DNA of 63,894 bases, the filler included, from Octopus bimaculoides (lineage: Eukaryota), in the NCBI RefSeq assembly GCF_001194135.2. It is 6 parts of 6 records of this genome, joined end to end, with 100 filler letters (N's around TTAATTAATTAA, not from the genome) between each part and the next. Parts side by side here need not be neighbours in the genome. Positions count along the whole stretch, not along the records: positions 1 to 11,764 come from NW_026335580.1; positions 11,865 to 32,828 come from NC_069005.1; 4 more parts are not named here. One strand, given 5' to 3'. Positions 1 to 11,920 of this stretch are shown in pieces (positions within the stretch are counted from its first letter, which is position 1; each line of letters opens with the position of its first letter). Below the pieces are notes generated by a model, which did not search any database, was not told where the DNA came from, and saw only the letters and a program-made list of their open reading frames with translations. The translations under genes were made by a program, and so were the position numbers.

Positions 1-37
<37 letters not shown>

Positions 38-1716
38 TCGTCTAAAAAATCTATAGACTGCGGTTATTCTAGGGACCGCCTTTGATGGGTTTAGTCGAAG
101 AAATTGACCCCAGTACTTGTAAGTCTGGTACCTCTTATATCAGTCTCTTTTACAAAATTGCTACGTGGACGTAAACTAACCAACACTAATCCTCAAACGA
201 TGGTGAGGACAAACACAATCACACTCTAACAGACGATGGGCTTCCACAGTTTCCAGTTACCAAATTCATTCACAAAGCATTAGTTGACCCGGGGCTATAG
301 TAGACGGCACTTGCCCACAGTGGGACTGAACCCAAAACCACGACGTCACAAAGCGAGTTTCTAAACGACACAGCTATGCCTCCGCCTGTAGAACAATATG
401 GAACGCTTCACGAATTTGTTTGTCATTATTACACAAATGGATGTGATTTTTAATATGTTCACTTTGCAGCCACGTGTCTTCGAGGTAAGTCCCTGAGCGG
501 ACACCTTTTACTAAGTGTCTTCTACAATAATCTTGAATCAACCAAAGCTTCGTGAAAGAAATTTCATAAACGGTAACTGGATAGAAGCTCACTATACTTA
601 ACGTGTGTATCTATGTGAGCGTATGCACGAATGTGTTACCGTGATTTCGTTTGTTCGCTTATACAGACTAATCTTAAGATTCGACAAGTAAAGATCAATA
701 AAATTAAGTACCAGTCTTAAAAACAAGTAGAGTACTCGGTATAATCAACTAAGTTCTTGGAGGCAGTGCTCCAGAATGACCATGGTCCAGCGGTTGAAAT
801 TGGTTGAAGTATACACACACATATTTCTTATATACAGTGTAATTTTATCTGATTTATCTTCAGTTTCCTAAAATTAGAAGTTTAGTAATGCACATTCACC
901 CTCCCTCCGATACCCTACGTATTTATCACCTGAAAAGTAAGAATTATTTATTCTCTTCAAAGTATAGTATTCTTGAAAAAGGAAAAAAAAACATTTATCG
1001 TCAGTACATTTATATATAATACAAAGATATTCCGAGTGTCTATATCGATATGTACGTACGTATTTGATACGCTGTACGTATTTTAAAAAAAACAAAAAAA
1101 AACTACGTTTGTCAACTCACCTTTTTAATTAGGTCTATATTAAACAGCTAGTTAAACTATCTCGTCTAATTAGATCGTTTTCACACAATTTCCTAACCAA
1201 ATCATCTGTATTTCAATGGTAGTTAGATCCAGAATTAGGTAGACAGTAACATAACGGGAAGAAGAAAAAAAAAAAAAACCACACGGCTTGGAATGCCACT
1301 TGCGAGGTTTAACCACACTCCATAACAACAGCTCTAGTGTCCAATAGGAATGTGAACAACGTGAATTCCACTTACTCTAATTCAAACTACATTCAGTCGA
1401 GAATGAAACAATAAATGAATAGTTTGTGAAAGTGTTGTGCTTAAACAGCGTATCGGCAGGTGACAAGCTGCCGGACAGCATTATACTACGAGAAGTGGAC
1501 ACGGGAGAGAGAGATCCAAGTTGTAGTTGGTTCGGGGTACGCAGTCTAACAACCGCCTTCTTTTCTCATGATTCTCTGTTACACACCAGTTCATTTACCA
1601 CAAGATATGATCGCACTTAATATTCAACAGTGTGTGTGAACGGGTGGGGAGAAATAACTTAATATTTGATTATCGATAGCATGATTACTTGTAAATATGT
1701 GACGCAAAGTTTAGAG

Positions 1717-2045
1717 CAGGGGTTCTCAACAATTTTTTGCCCATCGACCCCTCCGATTCCGATTTTACTCGAATGAACCCTCATAACCATTCGTTGTTTT
1801 AAAAATCCTGTTAAATTTTTATAATTAAATATTATCTGGAATTGTATAAAAATAATTAAAACGTTTTGTGTATTATGGACATATTACCTATTTATATAGC
1901 ATAAACTTTACTCGTCAGGAACACCATTCTTTCATGGCTGCTGAAAATTTACTGTGGACCCCTAATTTACTATATTGTATCTATGGACGCTCATAAATCT
2001 TATATGAACCCTAAGGGTCCATGTGGACCCCGTTGAGAACCCCTG
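1717..2045. mobile_element. hAT MITE with perfect TIRs and 8-bp TSD
   Basis: TIR caggggttctcaac / gttgagaacccctg. TSD gtttagag at 1709-1716 and 2046-2053. Confidence 0.92.
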
Positions 2046-2529
2046 GTTTAGAGAAAGACACTTTTATTGTTTAGCTCATGGTCAGCCCTGTTGAAGAAAA
2101 GCTTTGATTAAAAGCATTCCGACCAGGACTATCTCTTCTCAGTGCAGACATAGTGCAATTTGAATTACAATTTCAATTGCCACCTTGATTTTTTTGTAAA
2201 GATTGAATGGTTTGAACTGGAGATTTCGTTGTCGCTTGCAAGAGATCAAACGAGAACATATATTCTTTGTTAGCTCAAGGTAGATACAATATCAACGTTG
2301 TATGAAGCTGAGAGGTTTGTACAACGAATAGGTTAGATAGAAACAAAAGTATAAACCAAACATACAGTTCCTGTAATGTTATTGTTACTATTTCCAGCTG
2401 TTTGTTTTCAGGGTTTTTGCACTTCTTGTTAGGGATATGTTTTCGAAATTGAAAAATCTTATTCGAAATGGTCTTTTAGAATAATCTAGGATTCTTTAAT
2501 TCTGCCCAAAGTAAACAGATGTTTTAACC

Positions 2530-2846
2530 CAGTGGTTTTCAATCGGGGTTCAAATATAATTTTTGAGGGTCCATGTGACAAAATAGTAAATTGGGGATCC
2601 CTGAAAAATTTTTGCTTTCGACGTATATATTGGTATGTATTGCAATAAACAGCTAGGTTTCTTTCTCTAACATTTTACATAGTTCAACCTTTAATACAAG
2701 TTAATGCATGAAAAACAAAATAGAAATTTTGAAAGAAGATTCTATAAAACTAGCTTTTTAAACATCGAATAGTTATGGGATTCCACACGAAAAAAAAAAA
2801 TGGTAACCAAAGGGGTCTATAGATATAAAATGGTTGAGAACCCCTG
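2530..2846. mobile_element. hAT MITE (related family)
   Basis: cagtggttttcaatc / ggttgagaacccctg ends. The 8-bp flanks match imperfectly. Confidence 0.7.
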
Positions 2847-3987
2847 TTTAAAACAAAAAGATATTTCAAGTTTGAGATGTATGTTTGATATGGATGATTA
2901 AAGAGTGTGTTTGAAGTTGCTGGCATTGTTTCGCTCCAGAGCAACTCTGACCAAGCTGACTTATGATCAAAGACATTCTTTGACCATCCTGTCTTTTTAA
3001 GCATATCGAGGAATACATTCTTTGTGTTCTTTTTTGGAGATTTGACTTCTACGTAGAAGCACCTTTGTTGGCTAGTATGTGAGACCATGCCAATTCGCTG
3101 CATCCATCTGCGATTTTCATTTTTCTTTTCCTTTGTTTCCCCCCCCCCCCAGTAACGTTTAGTCAGGGGAGGATGAGCAGTATGAGTGACATTTTCTTTT
3201 CAGGACTTCCGAGACTGATGGGAGGAAAATATATTAAAAACGGGAGACTTGAACTGAATGCTTACAGCAAATTGAACTCCAAGGGACCAGCTAGTGATGT
3301 TAAACCAAGCGATAGATGTACATATATACCCGGTTTCTATTACATTCCGCTTACATTGTTTGTGCTCTAATACTTAAATAATATCAAATCCAATATGGTA
3401 TTTAAAAGTTCTAATAAAAAAATGTGAAATAATCATATGTAGACAAAAAAGAGTTGTAGTGTTGAAACAAAATTCCCATTAGTGTCATTTCATCATTTAC
3501 GCTGCTATTGGTGTATTAATTGCTATTTCTAGCATATCCAGCTAAGGTGTAGAGCAGACATGGACAACATTTCTCGAGAAGCGACCTGCATGAGACATGG
3601 CTCATCATCACACGGGCTGCTTTACGAAAAAGGTTCAAGGTAATTTTTTGTTACGCATGCCATTCAGAAAGTCCCACAGTTTGCTTGCGACTAGTGTACA
3701 CTCTCTTTTGTTGATTCATATTTGTTTACGTGATTTTCTTAATATTCTATGTATGCAAAAAGATACTTTTTTACTTTTAAAAACAATATATGAAAAGTAG
3801 AAGTCTGACATTAGGTTAAGGGTAGGTCGTATGTCTTATAGACAGAATCCAGACCAACTTATGTCAAATGAATTGTGTAATGAAAGTGTTTTGTTGAGGA
3901 CAGAAAAATTGATTCAAGGATTCGTTAAAAACGTCAATTATCTTGATTGGAACAATTGAAAACAAAGTTACTGACACTTTTTACTTT

Positions 3988-4020
<33 letters not shown>

Positions 4021-4940
4021 TAGGCACAAGGCTTGAAATTTTGTGATGAGGGGCTAGTCGATTAGGATCTTTCTGATTTGACGGGCGCCACTTGTTTTCT
4101 TAACGAAACATTTTCAAACTTGGGACATTGGTAGAGTGTGTCATATAAAACATCTTTTACTCTTAGTGTTATTGAGAAAATTTTATCTTTTTAAAGTTAT
4201 TTCGTGTTAAAATTGTCGTATTTCGGTACCCCATCCCTTAGTGCTCAACTGGTACTTATTTTATGAAAGGCAAAGTCGATCTTGGCGGCATTTGAACTCA
4301 GAACACAAGAGGCTGGAAGAAATGCTGCTAAGCATTTTATCCGGATCAGTAACGATTCTGGCCGCTTATCGCCTTTAAAGCTGCTGATACAATAAGAACA
4401 GAACGAGTAAATAACAAAATGTGAGTCACCTATATATTTATATATTTCCTCAGATTTCCCAAATCCGGAAGACGCTTCTTTAATTAGATTGGTGTGTCCA
4501 TTAATCGCTTGACATATCACACATAGCAAAGTAAAATCGCAAGAACTTAGAAGCTTAGATGAAGAACATGCCTTTGCATATGTATATATGGGTGAAGCCA
4601 GGACTTAAGGTGGGGGTTTCCCCAGTTATTAAAATGGATTTAATATTAACTGTCAAAAATATGTGAGAAAAAAAAACAAAAAAACCCCACAAAATTAAAA
4701 TAAATGTTAGATAATAATTTTCATTAGTATGACACTACCGGGGATGGAGGGATTCTTGTGAATCTATCCACCCTCCTCTGGTCACGTCTGTAATGTGTGT
4801 GTGTGGTCTAATTGTAAGGATATTGCACTCACGATCGCAAGATTACGGTTTCGATTCCCAAACTGGCGGTGCGCTGTGTTCATGAGCAAAACAATTCATT
4901 TTATGCAGCACCAGTCCACTCAGCCGATAGTCTGGTATAC

Positions 4941-4976
<36 letters not shown>

Positions 4977-5682
4977 GAGTGCGCGCGTACACACACACAC
5001 ACATGATTGACTGGCTAAAAAGCTCGCTTCGGAATCACGAGATGCCAGTTCCACTACCACTGTGCACAACACCTTTGGAAAGGGCCTGAAACAATCCAGG
5101 ACTTATGAGTGAAATTATATAAACGAAAACTGTGTCGAAGCCAGTCAGATGGGCCGGTATATGTCATTCGCAGCGTCGCTCTAGTCACTCAGTGTGCCAC
5201 ACTGATTCTACCAGAAGATTCGTTTAAGTTACTGAGGAACTATCGGTCAACTTTACACTACAATAGATGATGGACGGTACTCGTAATTCAAACGACCGGC
5301 TTCGTGTGTGTGTGTGGCTGGTCGTTTGAGTTACGAGTACAGTCCATATAATGCATTTAAACTGATTCTACCTGATGATTACATTACCCCTTTGGCTGTC
5401 CAAAGCATTTTCATAAGTTTGTCCTAAACACCCCTGCTTATATTCGGACGTTTAGTTAGCCCTTGTTTTATATGTTTTATAAAGCTTTCTTTTCATAAGT
5501 CCAAAGTTAATCTAGAGGCTGAAGAAAAAAAAAGGCGTGGGGGGATGGATACCAGGAAAACAGGATAGGCAAAAGGCTCTGAAGAGTATCTATGACATAT
5601 TCAGCTATTTATAGTATATATACAGTAAATAACCCGGAAATCACGATACACATATATTGTTTTGAGCTGAATGGGGGGGGGG

Positions 5683-6030
5683 GTGCTAGATTCCCTTGTT
5701 CGAAAACATAAGGACACGTCGTGTCGTATAGCCAGCTGGAGACGATGTCTCCTGGGACTAAATTACAGCAACATTCGTCCCAAATCAGGACTGCCATGTT
5801 ATGTTGGCAAACAATCTTTACTACAATCTTTGCTGAATATCTCACGCCGTGAGATTTAAAAATAGTAATTTTCTTATTTACAGTATAGTCCAAAGCGTAG
5901 GTAGCGTCGTTGATCGAATAAACAGCAAGATACATTCATGAACAGGAGAATCCAGCACACATGCAATTTTATATTTGAAGAGTTAGTCATGAACCAGAAC
6001 CCACTCATCAAATAAAGTATGCCGGACGGT
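5683..6030 (+). mobile_element. Circularly permuted ~350-nt retrozyme-like monomer with degenerate HHR (copy 2)
   Basis: ggacac-gtc-gtgtc ... gccagctggagacgatgtctcctgggactaaa is homologous to 62371-62424. gtgctagattcccttgttc (5683) pairs with gaacaggagaatccagcac (5940). Decayed core TTGAAGA (5975-5981) ... GAAC (5997-6000). Confidence 0.6.
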
Positions 6031-6329
6031 GTTATACAATGAAAATAATTATTTATATCAAACTGATTCATGACAAACAGCAAAATGTTTAATAATTCTT
6101 TTGCACTTTAAATTTAAAACAAAAGTTCTTATCTTCAAATATTTTACCTCAAAATGTCTTTCTAGAACTTCATCTTGAGTTAATCATTATATATTCAACC
6201 ATCCGTTATAAATTATCATTTGTCTGAAAAAAAGCAAAGGAGCAAAACATTTGGCAGACTCTCATGAACCATTTTAATAAATAATAAATATGGATGTGTA
6301 TGCATATCTGTGAGTGTGTGTGTGTGTGT

Positions 6330-6640
6330 AGCATCACAGGGGCCAGTTGGCAGAAGGCCATCAAGTTGGTTATGGAGATAGCAGAGGTTACCTCAAGGTG
6401 GCAAGGGATCAAAATGTGCGGGCCAAATGTTCCATATCCCGTCTAGAGTAAGGACAATGTACTGCAAAAGCTTGGGATTCAAAGGTCCATAGCTATTTAA
6501 TATCTTGCCAAAAAACCTGAGAGATCTACATGGAATGGGAGAAGATGTTTTCATGAAGCACCTTGACCCTCCCAGAAGGCAAGAAACTCAAATTAGAGCA
6601 GCAGTATCAAACTCTCTTATTCACCCATAACCAACTACAT
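6330..6640 (+). mobile_element. Decayed CR1/L2-type LINE 3' end
   Basis: Translates as SRVRTMYCKSLGFKGP*LFNILPKNLRDLHG..F.KHLD...RAAVSNSLIH, the typical post-RT C-terminus. Contains stops. Confidence 0.7.
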
Positions 6641-8085
6641 AGGAATAACTATTGAAAAGGTGATGATACTGGAGGTGATCCAGTATGGCTACAGCCTTTA
6701 GGCTGGAACACAAAAGAATACAAGAATAAAAGAATATATTTTCAGGACACACACTTCTATTTGTTAGCAGTCGTAGCAGTAAAATGAATGTTTCTTTATA
6801 AAAGTTTCTTTACAATCTAAAAGATCGTAAAAGAATTCTCGATACTTACATAGATATGTGTGTACGTGTATGTGTGTGTGTTATCTTGGTATGTTATAGC
6901 AATGTGTTTGTATATGCTGATACCCCAGTACTCTTTACATTTTATTAACCACTTTCCCCCCAGTTATTTGTGAACTGTTCCTTCCACTTCAGCTCAATAT
7001 TTGTTAAAGAAGACATGCCTGATGAACACACAATACGACGTTTTCAATAAGGGATACATTTATAGAATACCGGGAGAGGGAGGGGGCGTCGAGTACGTGT
7101 TTATCTATACATGCGCGTGTATGTTTGTGTACATGTCATACCCTTTAGTTTCTTGTAGTCTTCACATTTAAGGCTATGCCAGAGTATGCGTTCCTGTCTG
7201 ATATGATTCCCACCGGGCTTCATTTTCACCTTCACAGAGAGAGAGGGGGGAGAGGAAGATAGAGAGTAAGTGTCCATTAATCCAGTGTCCAATAGACTGG
7301 CAGACCCAGCTAAATGGTAGGAGCTTATAGGGATTTTCAGTGTTTAGCTAAGCTGAGAATACCAAACGTTCCTATGAAAAGGACACTAGTTTCTCGTATG
7401 GGTAACCCACAGGTGTCAATGGGCTATATAGATTTCAAATTTTGGCACAAGGCCAGCAAGTTCAGGGGAGAGGTCTAGTCGATCACATCGATCTCAGTAC
7501 TCAACTGGTACTCATTTCATCGACCCCGAAAGGATGAAAGAAAAAGTCGATCTCGGCGGATTTTGAACTCAGAACGTAAAGACGGACGAAATGCCGCTAA
7601 ATATTTTACCCGGCGCGCCGACGATTCTACCAGCTCGCCGCCTTGCCACTGAGCCATATTGATGTAATTTTTTTGTTTGGGATACACGCACTGCATTGAC
7701 GAAGAAAATCCATTCTAAAGTTTCTTACTCCTTTGTTCAGTTTCTTTACATAGGCGCGGGGTTTTCTGTGTGATTAAGAAGTTTGCTTTGTAACCACGTA
7801 GTTTCAAGGCGGTGCTCCAGTATGACCACAGCCCATTGACTGAAACAAGTAAAAGAGAAAAAGTACCCAAACACACAATCGCGCGCACTGACACGCCCAC
7901 ATGTACGTGGAAAATAGTTTCCCTGCAAACTAAATCGATTTCTTGACGTCCCTAATTAATGCTTTTAAGCCTACCAATTATTCTTGCATTTAATTTGCAT
8001 GTGGCTATTTATGTATATATATGTATGCGCGTGTGTGTGTGTACGGCAGTGTTTATTTATGCATGCACGTATGTGTGAATGTGTG

Positions 8086-8125
<40 letters not shown>

Positions 8126-9000
8126 NNNNNNNNNNNNNNNNNNNNNNNNNNNNNNNNNNNNNNNNNNNNNNNNNNNNNNNNNNNNNNNNNNNNNNNNNNN
8201 NNNNNNNNNNNNNNNNNNNNNNNNNNNNNNNNNNNNNNNNNNNNNNNNNNNNNNNNNNNNNNNNNNNNNNNNNNNNNNNNNNNNNNNNNNNNNNNNNNNN
8301 NNNNNNNNNNNNNNNNNNNNNNNNNNNNNNNNNNNNNNNNNNNNNNNNNNNNNNNNNNNNNNNNNNNNNNNNNNNNNNNNNNNNNNNNNNNNNNNNNNNN
8401 NNNNNNNNNNNNNNNNNNNNNNNNNNNNNNNNNNNNNNNNNNNNNNNNNNNNNNNNNNNNNNNNNNNNNNNNNNNNNNNNNNNNNNNNNNNNNNNNNNNN
8501 NNNNNNNNNNNNNNNNNNNNNNNNNNNNNNNNNNNNNNNNNNNNNNNNNNNNNNNNNNNNNNNNNNNNNNNNNNNNNNNNNNNNNNNNNNNNNNNNNNNN
8601 NNNNNNNNNNNNNNNNNNNNNNNNNNNNNNNNNNNNNNNNNNNNNNNNNNNNNNNNNNNNNNNNNNNNNNNNNNNNNNNNNNNNNNNNNNNNNNNNNNNN
8701 NNNNNNNNNNNNNNNNNNNNNNNNNNNNNNNNNNNNNNNNNNNNNNNNNNNNNNNNNNNNNNNNNNNNNNNNNNNNNNNNNNNNNNNNNNNNNNNNNNNN
8801 NNNNNNNNNNNNNNNNNNNNNNNNNNNNNNNNNNNNNNNNNNNNNNNNNNNNNNNNNNNNNNNNNNNNNNNNNNNNNNNNNNNNNNNNNNNNNNNNNNNN
8901 NNNNNNNNNNNNNNNNNNNNNNNNNNNNNNNNNNNNNNNNNNNNNNNNNNNNNNNNNNNNNNNNNNNNNNNNNNNNNNNNNNNNNNNNNNNNNNNNTATA

Positions 9001-9360
9001 TATTTCTAATTTTGCTGATCAGTGAATGAACTTCACTATGATTTACATAAGTCTGTGAAGGAGAAACAGGCCTCTCTATCCAGCTGGCAAGCTACTTCAG
9101 GCTGATGACGAGCAAAGACTCAGAAACATGTCCCTGAATGCTGGCTAGGCTGGGTGGGGGAGCTTGTCTCCCCTTCACAAACTTAAGGACACAGTAATTG
9201 TGTCAAGGCCGACAGGAAGTGGTCCAGCTTCCTAGGGCTAAACGGCAGTAGTGTATTCCCTTATTGGGATTGTCACATTAAGTTGACAATATACTACAAC
9301 TTTGTCGCTCCACTACTGCTTAAATCTCTCTGAGAGATTTAGAAATATTATATTTCTAAT
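9001..9360 (+). mobile_element. Full-length 350-nt retrozyme-like monomer
   Basis: tatttctaat occurs at 9001 and again at 9351 (period 350). A long rod (9050-9070 pairs with about 9163-9183) carries the HHR at its apex, followed by hairpins gacaca/tgtgtc, aggaag/cttcct, a GGGCTAAA motif and aaatctctc/gagagattt. Confidence 0.7.
9096..9138 (+). ncRNA. Type I hammerhead ribozyme motif (retrozyme-like unit, copy 1)
   Basis: Stem I ttcagg(9096-9101)/cctgaa(9133-9138); core CTGATGA 9102-9108; stem II gag/ctc with one unpaired base on each side; GAAA 9123-9126; palindromic stem III ACATGT; GUC site, predicted cleavage after 9132. Confidence 0.75.
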
Positions 9361-10289
9361 ATATATATATATAAATAAATGGCAGTGCCCCAACATGGCC
9401 ACAGCTCATGAGCTGAAACTAGATAAATAAAATAAAATGAAAAATTTTATCGTTTATCTTTTACTTGTTTCAGTCATTAGTCTGGTAAAAAGCATCTAAA
9501 TTCAGGGCACAAATACAGATTTTCATAGATTAACATGTAGTCCAAAACCAAGAAATTGTAAGAAAAATTAATATTTTTAAAAACTTAGCTTAACCCTTTG
9601 AGGGTAGTGTAGTGAGCTGTAGTATGGTAGAAAGACTAATTTCATTATAGTACATGAATTAGTCCTATCGTATTCTGAAATTAATTCCGGAATCCTACTT
9701 TTTTTATTATTATTCATTATAGCATTAAGATGGCGAGTCGGCAAAATGCTTAGCAGCATCTCTTCTGGCTTAACGTTCTGAGTTCAAATGCCTTTCATCC
9801 TTTCGGAGTTGATGAAATAAATACTAGTTGAATACTGGAGTCGATATAATCGACTAGCCCTTCCCGAAAATTGTCACGCCTTGTGCCTATAAAAGAAAAT
9901 ATTATTGGTGCTACTTTGGTGTGTGATCTACAACTTAAAGGACGATTACTTTAGGTTACTTTTTAATTTACTTTTCAATTTCTAAAAGCCCTTAAGATGG
10001 CTAAAGATTTTTTGCAATAAATTCTTTTGTACATACTTAGTACTGTAAATGAAGTTTTCAAAATTTTTACTATTTTAATAATAATAAAACCATGTCTCAT
10101 TTATGTCTTAGTAAATAATAATAAGAAACCAAGAATAAACAATATAATAATTAAAATAAGCACGTAGATCACACAAGTTTGGCAGCTGCGAGTTTTGCAA
10201 CGTAAAGAAACTAAAAACTAACCTAAAGTAATCGCCCTTGAAGTTGTAGATCATACGCCAAAGTAGCACCAAATTATTTGTAGCATAGT

Positions 10290-11135
10290 GACTTGGCAGA
10301 ATCGTTAGCGTGTCGGGAAAATGCTTTGCATTATTAGTTCCGACTCTCTACATTTTAAGTTCAAATCCCAACAAGGTCAACTGCGCTTTCCCTCGTTTTG
10401 GGTGTCGATAAAATGAAGTTCCAGCCATGCACTAGGGTTACTGGTATCAACAAACTTCATCCCCTCAAAATTGCTGGCTTTCCGTCAAAATCAAAACAAA
10501 GGTGGTAAGTTGGTAGAATCGTTAGCATGCCTGACAAAATGCTTAGCAGCATTTTTCTTTTATTGCTTCGGGGTCGATAAAATGAGAACCAGTTGAGCAC
10601 TGGGTTCGGTGTAATCGACTCATGCCCTTCCCCGAAATCGCTGGTCTTGTGCCAAAATTTAAAACCATTATTATTATGATTATTACTAGGAAAGCGGTGA
10701 ACTAGCAGAACCGTTAGCACGTTTAGTGGTATTTTGCCTGCCGCTACGTTCTGAGTTGAAACTCCGCCGAGGTCGACTTTGCTTTTACATCCTTTCGGGG
10801 TCAATAAATTAAGCACCAGTTGCGTACTGAGGTCGATCTAATCGACTGGCACCCCCCCCCCCAAATTTCAGGCCTTGTGCCTATAATAGAAAGGATTATC
10901 ATCATTATTATTATTATTATTCAGAAAGCGGTTAGTTGGCAGAATCATTAGCATACCGGACTAAATGCTTAGCGGTATTTCGTCCGCCTTTACATTCTGA
11001 GTTCAAATCCGCCGACGTCGACTTTGCCTTTTATCTTTTCAAGACAATAAACTAAGTACTAATTGCATACTGGAATCGACGTAATCTATTTACTTGTACA
11101 CCAAAAATTGCTGGCTTAATGCCAAAATTTGAAAC
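10290..11135 (+). mobile_element. Cluster of four head-to-tail SINE family A copies (ggcagaatcgttagc...gttcaaat...gtcgactttgcctttcatcc...(ATT)n)
   Basis: tRNA-like head with B-box-like gagttcaaat, shared body and (ATT)n tails. Other copies: + 9725-9900, 15490-15880, 38380-38530, 55020-55215, 57075-57270; - 4020-4375, 7430-7645, 45775-45960. Confidence 0.85.
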
Positions 11136-11764
11136 CATTATTACCATTAAGTTGATGAAATATATACCGGTGGAAAACGAGAAGTTCATAAGACTACAAC
11201 TATCTTCCTGTCTAATCAACAGAAATCAATATTTCATTCTATTCTAGTAATATGAGATATAAGTGCATGTTCTATAGTCATTGCAATAGGTGAATGTAAA
11301 ACAAAAAAAATTAAAAACAAACGTTATAACAGGCTACACAACAAACAATACGACAGCCGTTACAAGTTTTCACAACAGACAATACAATGACAATGGTCAT
11401 TACAACCGTTGTTACAACAGTTGGAAACAACAATCATGATAACAGACATTACCTAATTTTGGATGTCCTCCTCCGTCCACAAACGGTCTGCTCCCGAGCC
11501 CGTCTCGTTTTGTTATGTTTTGGTCCCATTACTAGCAACTTTCTTGCCAGTGCCTCCAGAGTGGAAGCAATATTACCGATAATGGCCGAAATTGCGTTTG
11601 ACACTCTGGCCGATAACTGATAAGGAGTTGGTGACCTGTGTTTTCTGTTCGCCTCTGTATTTAGTATATGTTCGTTCGTTTATTTCACGACATGTTTTTT
11701 GTGAATTATATATATATACGATGAAAGTAAACAAACAAAGTTTGTTCTTTTTTAGAAGCGTTGA

Positions 11765-11864
11765 NNNNNNNNNNNNNNNNNNNNNNNNNNNNNNNNNNNN
11801 NNNNNNNNTTAATTAATTAANNNNNNNNNNNNNNNNNNNNNNNNNNNNNNNNNNNNNNNNNNNN
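11765..11864. other. Artificial scaffold-joining spacer N44-TTAATTAATTAA-N44 (also 32829-32928, 36913-37012, 56838-56937, 61850-61949)
   Basis: Identical 100-nt structure five times. The 12-mer is palindromic and has stops in all six frames. Confidence 0.97.
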
Positions 11865-11885
11865 CACAGAGCGCATCCATACCTA

Positions 11886-11920
<35 letters not shown>

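Noticed and set aside
374-592. 72-aa minus ORF as a terminal exon
   Set aside because: Non-ATG start, no recognisable homology, and it overlaps a better-formed + microexon candidate. It cannot be supported, though not fully excluded.
5609-5935. Minus ORF with slight likeness to OB-fold SSB proteins (VLIWDECCCNLVPGDIV)
   Set aside because: Falls within the structured retrozyme-like unit. The similarity is short and there are no splice signals.
7984-9029. Long ORFs (300-490 aa) here and at 17801-19380, 38797-40477, 45876-47028, 59740-60526
   Set aside because: They are runs of N translated as X, with microsatellite edges.
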